In this document: one piece after another, positions 28,947 through 32,000 of the stretch
Numbering within the stretch: position 1 is the stretch's first letter
How the letters are laid out: the number at the start of each line of letters is the position of its first letter
DNA from: Escherichia coli
GTDB taxonomy: Bacteria; Pseudomonadota; Gammaproteobacteria; Enterobacterales; Enterobacteriaceae
Strand: one strand, 5' to 3'
Assembly: GCF_004804185.1 (NCBI RefSeq)
Contig: NZ_CP039404.1
Length of the DNA stretch: 32,000 nucleotides
The notes under the pieces: model-generated
What the model saw: only the letters and a program-made list of their open reading frames with translations
What the model was told of the DNA's origin: nothing
The model's database searches: none
Made by a program: the position numbers and the translations under genes

Positions 28947-29828
28947 ATGGATCTGACCCAACTGGAGATGTTCAACGCGGTTGCCGAAGCTGGCAGCATT
29001 ACCCAGGCTGCAGCAAAAGTGCATCGCGTGCCGTCGAATCTCACTACCCGTCTACGTCAGCTGGAAACAGAACTAGGGGTTGATCTGTTTATTCGCGAGA
29101 ATCAGCGTTTACGTCTCTCGCCTGCCGGGCATAACTTTTTACGCTATAGCCAACAAATTCTCACGTTAGTGGATGAAGCGCGGAGCGTTGTCGCTGGCGA
29201 TGAGCCGCAAGGTTTATTTTCTCTGGGATCGCTGGAAAGCACCGCTGCAGTGCGCATTCCGGCCACGCTGGCGGAATTTAACCGTCGTTATCCCAAAATT
29301 CAGTTTTCACTTTCCACCGGCCCTTCCGGCACTATGCTGGAAGGTGTGCTGGAGGGAAAACTGAATGCGGCGTTTATTGATGGACCCATTAACCATGCTG
29401 CCATCGACGGGATACCGGTATACCGCGAGGAACTAATGATCGTCACGCCACAAGGACATGCGCCAGTAACCCGTGCCAGTCAGGTGAATGGCAGTAACAT
29501 TTATGCCTTCCGCGCCAATTGTTCGTATCGTCGCCACTTCGAAAGCTGGTTTCATGCTGACGGTGCCGCTCCGGGAACTATTCACGAGATGGAGTCTTAT
29601 CACGGGATGTTGGCCTGTGTGGTCGCAGGAGCAGGCATTGCGCTTATTCCACGCTCTATGCTGGAAAGTATGCCGGGGCATCACCAGGTTGAAGCGTGGC
29701 CGTTAGCTGAGCAATGGCGTTGGTTAACAACCTGGCTGGTCTGGCGTCGTGGTGCGAAAACGCGTCCGCTTGAGGCATTTATTCAACTGCTGGATGCGCC
29801 TGACTCGGCAAAACAGGGTTACCAATGA
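28947..29828 (+). CDS. yneJ: LysR-family transcriptional regulator
   Basis: 293 aa with N-terminal [43 protein letters not shown]. It is divergent from sad. Confidence 0.9.
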   Translation: MDLTQLEMFNAVAEAGSITQAAAKVHRVPSNLTTRLRQLETELGVDLFIRENQRLRLSPAGHNFLRYSQQILTLVDEARSVVAGDEPQGLFSLGSLESTAAVRIPATLAEFNRRYPKIQFSLSTGPSGTMLEGVLEGKLNAAFIDGPINHAAIDGIPVYREELMIVTPQGHAPVTRASQVNGSNIYAFRANCSYRRHFESWFHADGAAPGTIHEMESYHGMLACVVAGAGIALIPRSMLESMPGHHQVEAWPLAEQWRWLTTWLVWRRGAKTRPLEAFIQLLDAPDSAKQGYQ

Positions 29829-29905
29829 GCTATTTTTGATAGTTCATGCGGCTAATATGCTCTATATAGTGATGTTCCGATGACTTATGACTATATGGGG
29901 TAAAT

Positions 29906-30025
29906 ATGGTTACGCCAGTAAGCATCAGCAATTACATATCTCTTCCTGATGATTTTCCCGTTCGTAATATTGCACCTCAAGTAAAAGAAGAACAGGCCCC
30001 CTTCCTGATCGTCATTAAAATGTGA
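29906..30025 (+). pseudogene. yneK: short 39-codon ORF, probable remnant of yneK
   Basis: Reads MVTPVSISNYISLPDDFPVRNIAPQVKEEQAPFLIVIKM. In K-12 the interval between yneJ and ydeA holds yneK (about 371 aa), whereas here the whole interval is only 338 bp. The assignment rests on position only. Confidence 0.35.
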
Positions 30026-30166
30026 TGTTAACAACTCTCTGATGCGTGACAGAACAACCGTCAGAGAGATGGAAATGCGATCCAGATCACAAATGCATTG
30101 TATTCACATCATTAACCGTTTTAAGATCATTTCATCACTTTTTCGCAACTCACCCGATAATCTGTT

Positions 30167-31357
30167 ATGACAACAAACACTGTTTCCCGCAAAGTAGCGT
30201 GGCTACGGGTCGTTACGCTGGCAGTCGCCGCCTTTATCTTCAATACCACCGAATTTGTCCCTGTTGGCCTGCTCTCTGACATTGCGCATAGTTTTCACAT
30301 GCAAACCGCTCAGGTCGGCATCATGTTGACAATTTATGCATGGGTAGTGGCGCTAATGTCATTGCCTTTTATGTTAATGACCAGCCAGGTTGAACGCCGC
30401 AAATTACTGATCTGCCTGTTTGTGGTGTTTATTGCCAGCCACGTACTGTCGTTTTTATCGTGGAGTTTTACCGTTCTGGTGATCAGTCGCATTGGTGTGG
30501 CTTTTGCACATGCGATTTTCTGGTCGATTACGGCGTCTCTGGCGATCCGTATGGCTCCGGCCGGGAAGCGAGCACAGGCATTGAGTTTAATTGCCACCGG
30601 TACAGCACTGGCAATGGTGTTAGGTTTACCTCTCGGGCGCATTGTGGGGCAGTATTTTGGCTGGCGAATGACCTTCTTCGCGATTGGTATCGGGGCGCTT
30701 ATTACCCTTTTGTGCCTGATTAAGTTACTTCCCTTGCTGCCCAGTGAGCATTCCGGTTCATTGAAAAGCCTCCCGCTATTGTTCCGCCGCCCGGCATTGA
30801 TGAGCATTTATTTGTTAACTGTGGTGGTTGTCACCGCCCATTACACGGCATACAGCTATATCGAGCCTTTTGTACAAAACATTGCGGGATTCAGCGCCAA
30901 CTTTGCCACGGCATTACTGTTATTACTCGGTAGTGCGGGCATTATTGGCAGCGTGATTTTCGGTAAACTGGGTAATCAGTATGCGTCTGCGTTGGTGAGT
31001 ACAGCGATTGCGCTATTGCTGGTGTGCCTGGCACTGCTGCTACCTGCGGCGAACAGTGAAATACACCTCGGGGTGCTGAGTATTTTCTGGGGGATCGCGA
31101 TGATGATCATCGGGCTTGGTATGCAGGTTAAAGTGCTGGCGCTGGCACCAGATGCCACCGACGTCGCGATGGCGCTATTCTCCGGGATATTTAATATTGG
31201 AATCGGCGCGGGTGCGTTGGTAGGTAATCAGGTGAGTCTGCACTGGTCAATGTCGATGATTGGTTATGTAGGCGCGGTGCCTGCTTTTGCTGCGTTAATA
31301 TGGTCAATCATCATTTTTCGCCGCTGGCCAGTGACACTCGAAGAACAGACGCAATAG
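30167..31357 (+). CDS. ydeA: MFS sugar efflux transporter
   Basis: 396 aa with 12 TM segments, starting [40 protein letters not shown]. Matches K-12 YdeA/SotB. Confidence 0.95.
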   Translation: MTTNTVSRKVAWLRVVTLAVAAFIFNTTEFVPVGLLSDIAHSFHMQTAQVGIMLTIYAWVVALMSLPFMLMTSQVERRKLLICLFVVFIASHVLSFLSWSFTVLVISRIGVAFAHAIFWSITASLAIRMAPAGKRAQALSLIATGTALAMVLGLPLGRIVGQYFGWRMTFFAIGIGALITLLCLIKLLPLLPSEHSGSLKSLPLLFRRPALMSIYLLTVVVVTAHYTAYSYIEPFVQNIAGFSANFATALLLLLGSAGIIGSVIFGKLGNQYASALVSTAIALLLVCLALLLPAANSEIHLGVLSIFWGIAMMIIGLGMQVKVLALAPDATDVAMALFSGIFNIGIGAGALVGNQVSLHWSMSMIGYVGAVPAFAALIWSIIIFRRWPVTLEEQTQ

Positions 31358-31360
31358 TTG

Positions 31361-31384
31361 AAAGGCCCATTCGGGCCTTTTTTA
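31361..31384. terminator. bidirectional rho-independent terminator between ydeA and marC
   Basis: AAAGGCCC-attc-GGGCCTTT with flanking A and T runs, lying between convergent genes. Confidence 0.8.
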
Positions 31385-32000
31385 ATGATACGTTTTAATG
31401 ATTTCCAGGATGCCGTTAATAATAAACTGCACGCCCATACATACCAGCAGGAATCCCATCAGACGGGAGATCGCTTCAATACCACCCTTGCCCACCAGCC
31501 GCATAATTGCGCCAGAGCTGCGTAGACTTCCCCACAAAATAACCGCCACCAGGAAAAAGATCAGCGGCGGCGCAACCATCAGTACCCAATCAGCGAAGGT
31601 TGAACTCTGACGCACTGTGGAGGCCGAGCTAATAATCATCGCAATGGTTCCCGGACCGGCGGTACTTGGCATTGCCAGTGGTACAAAAGCAATATTGGCA
31701 CTGGGTTCATCTTCCAGCTCTTCCGACTTGCTTTTCGCTTCCGGTGAATCAATCGCTTTCTGTTGCGGAAAGAGCATCCGAAAACCGATAAACGCGACGA
31801 TTAAGCCGCCTGCAATTCGCAGACCGGGAATCGAAATGCCAAATGTATCCATCACCAGTTGCCCGGCGTAATACGCCACCATCATGATGGCAAATACGTA
31901 CACCGAGGCCATCAACGACTGACGATTACGTTCGGCACTGTTCATGTTGCCTGCCAGGCCAAGAAATAACGCGACAGTTGTTAATGGGTTAGCTAACGGC
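31382..32000 (-). CDS. marC: MarC-family inner membrane protein (partial; N-terminus beyond window end)
   Basis: The C-terminal 187 residues and more match MarC (...[27 protein letters not shown]...[13 protein letters not shown]). The frame stays open upstream of the M at 31945 through to the window edge. Confidence 0.9.
   Translation of the reverse strand, partial: PLANPLTTVALFLGLAGNMNSAERNRQSLMASVYVFAIMMVAYYAGQLVMDTFGISIPGLRIAGGLIVAFIGFRMLFPQQKAIDSPEAKSKSEELEDEPSANIAFVPLAMPSTAGPGTIAMIISSASTVRQSSTFADWVLMVAPPLIFFLVAVILWGSLRSSGAIMRLVGKGGIEAISRLMGFLLVCMGVQFIINGILEIIKTYH

Overview
This window is Escherichia coli chromosomal DNA from the replication-terminus region. Reading left to right, the backbone is: a chaperone-usher fimbrial operon (yde/F9-type: major subunit, chaperone, start of usher), the yneL AraC-family fragment, dif, hipA-hipB with its four operators, tam, yneE, uxaB, dgcF(yneF), yneG, glsB, sad, yneJ, a yneK remnant, ydeA(sotB) and part of marC.

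The accessory content is a filamentous (inovirus-type) prophage of about 8.25 kb, inserted exactly at the XerC-arm/central-region boundary of dif. It is present as two head-to-tail copies (2534-10787 and 10788-19039). All morphogenesis and replication genes lie on the minus strand, in this order: rolling-circle Rep, a gV-position ORF, two small membrane proteins, major coat, pIII-like adsorption protein, pVI-like protein, pI/Zot ATPase, pIV secretin. A small divergent regulator lies on the plus strand. There is no integrase.

Main observations:
- The phage carries two inverted dif-like sites around a GC hairpin. Together they can fold into a roughly 100-nt dif-mimicking hairpin, resembling the CTXphi single-strand attP.
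- The left junction regenerates a 27/28 dif site. The right junction is a crippled hybrid site.
- The gI-gIV intergenic region has long identical blocks shared with the ColE1/pMB1 primosome assembly (factor Y/PriA) site.
- The two copies differ almost only by frameshifting indels that knock out different genes in each copy. This could be biology or assembly error.

Host-side oddities:
- An in-frame TAA splits dgcF.
- sad appears to lack 8 codons in its cofactor-binding region.
- The lsr/yneO block found in K-12 is absent between hipB and tam.
- yneK is reduced to a stub.

I saw no rRNA, tRNA, CRISPR array, IS element or integrase.
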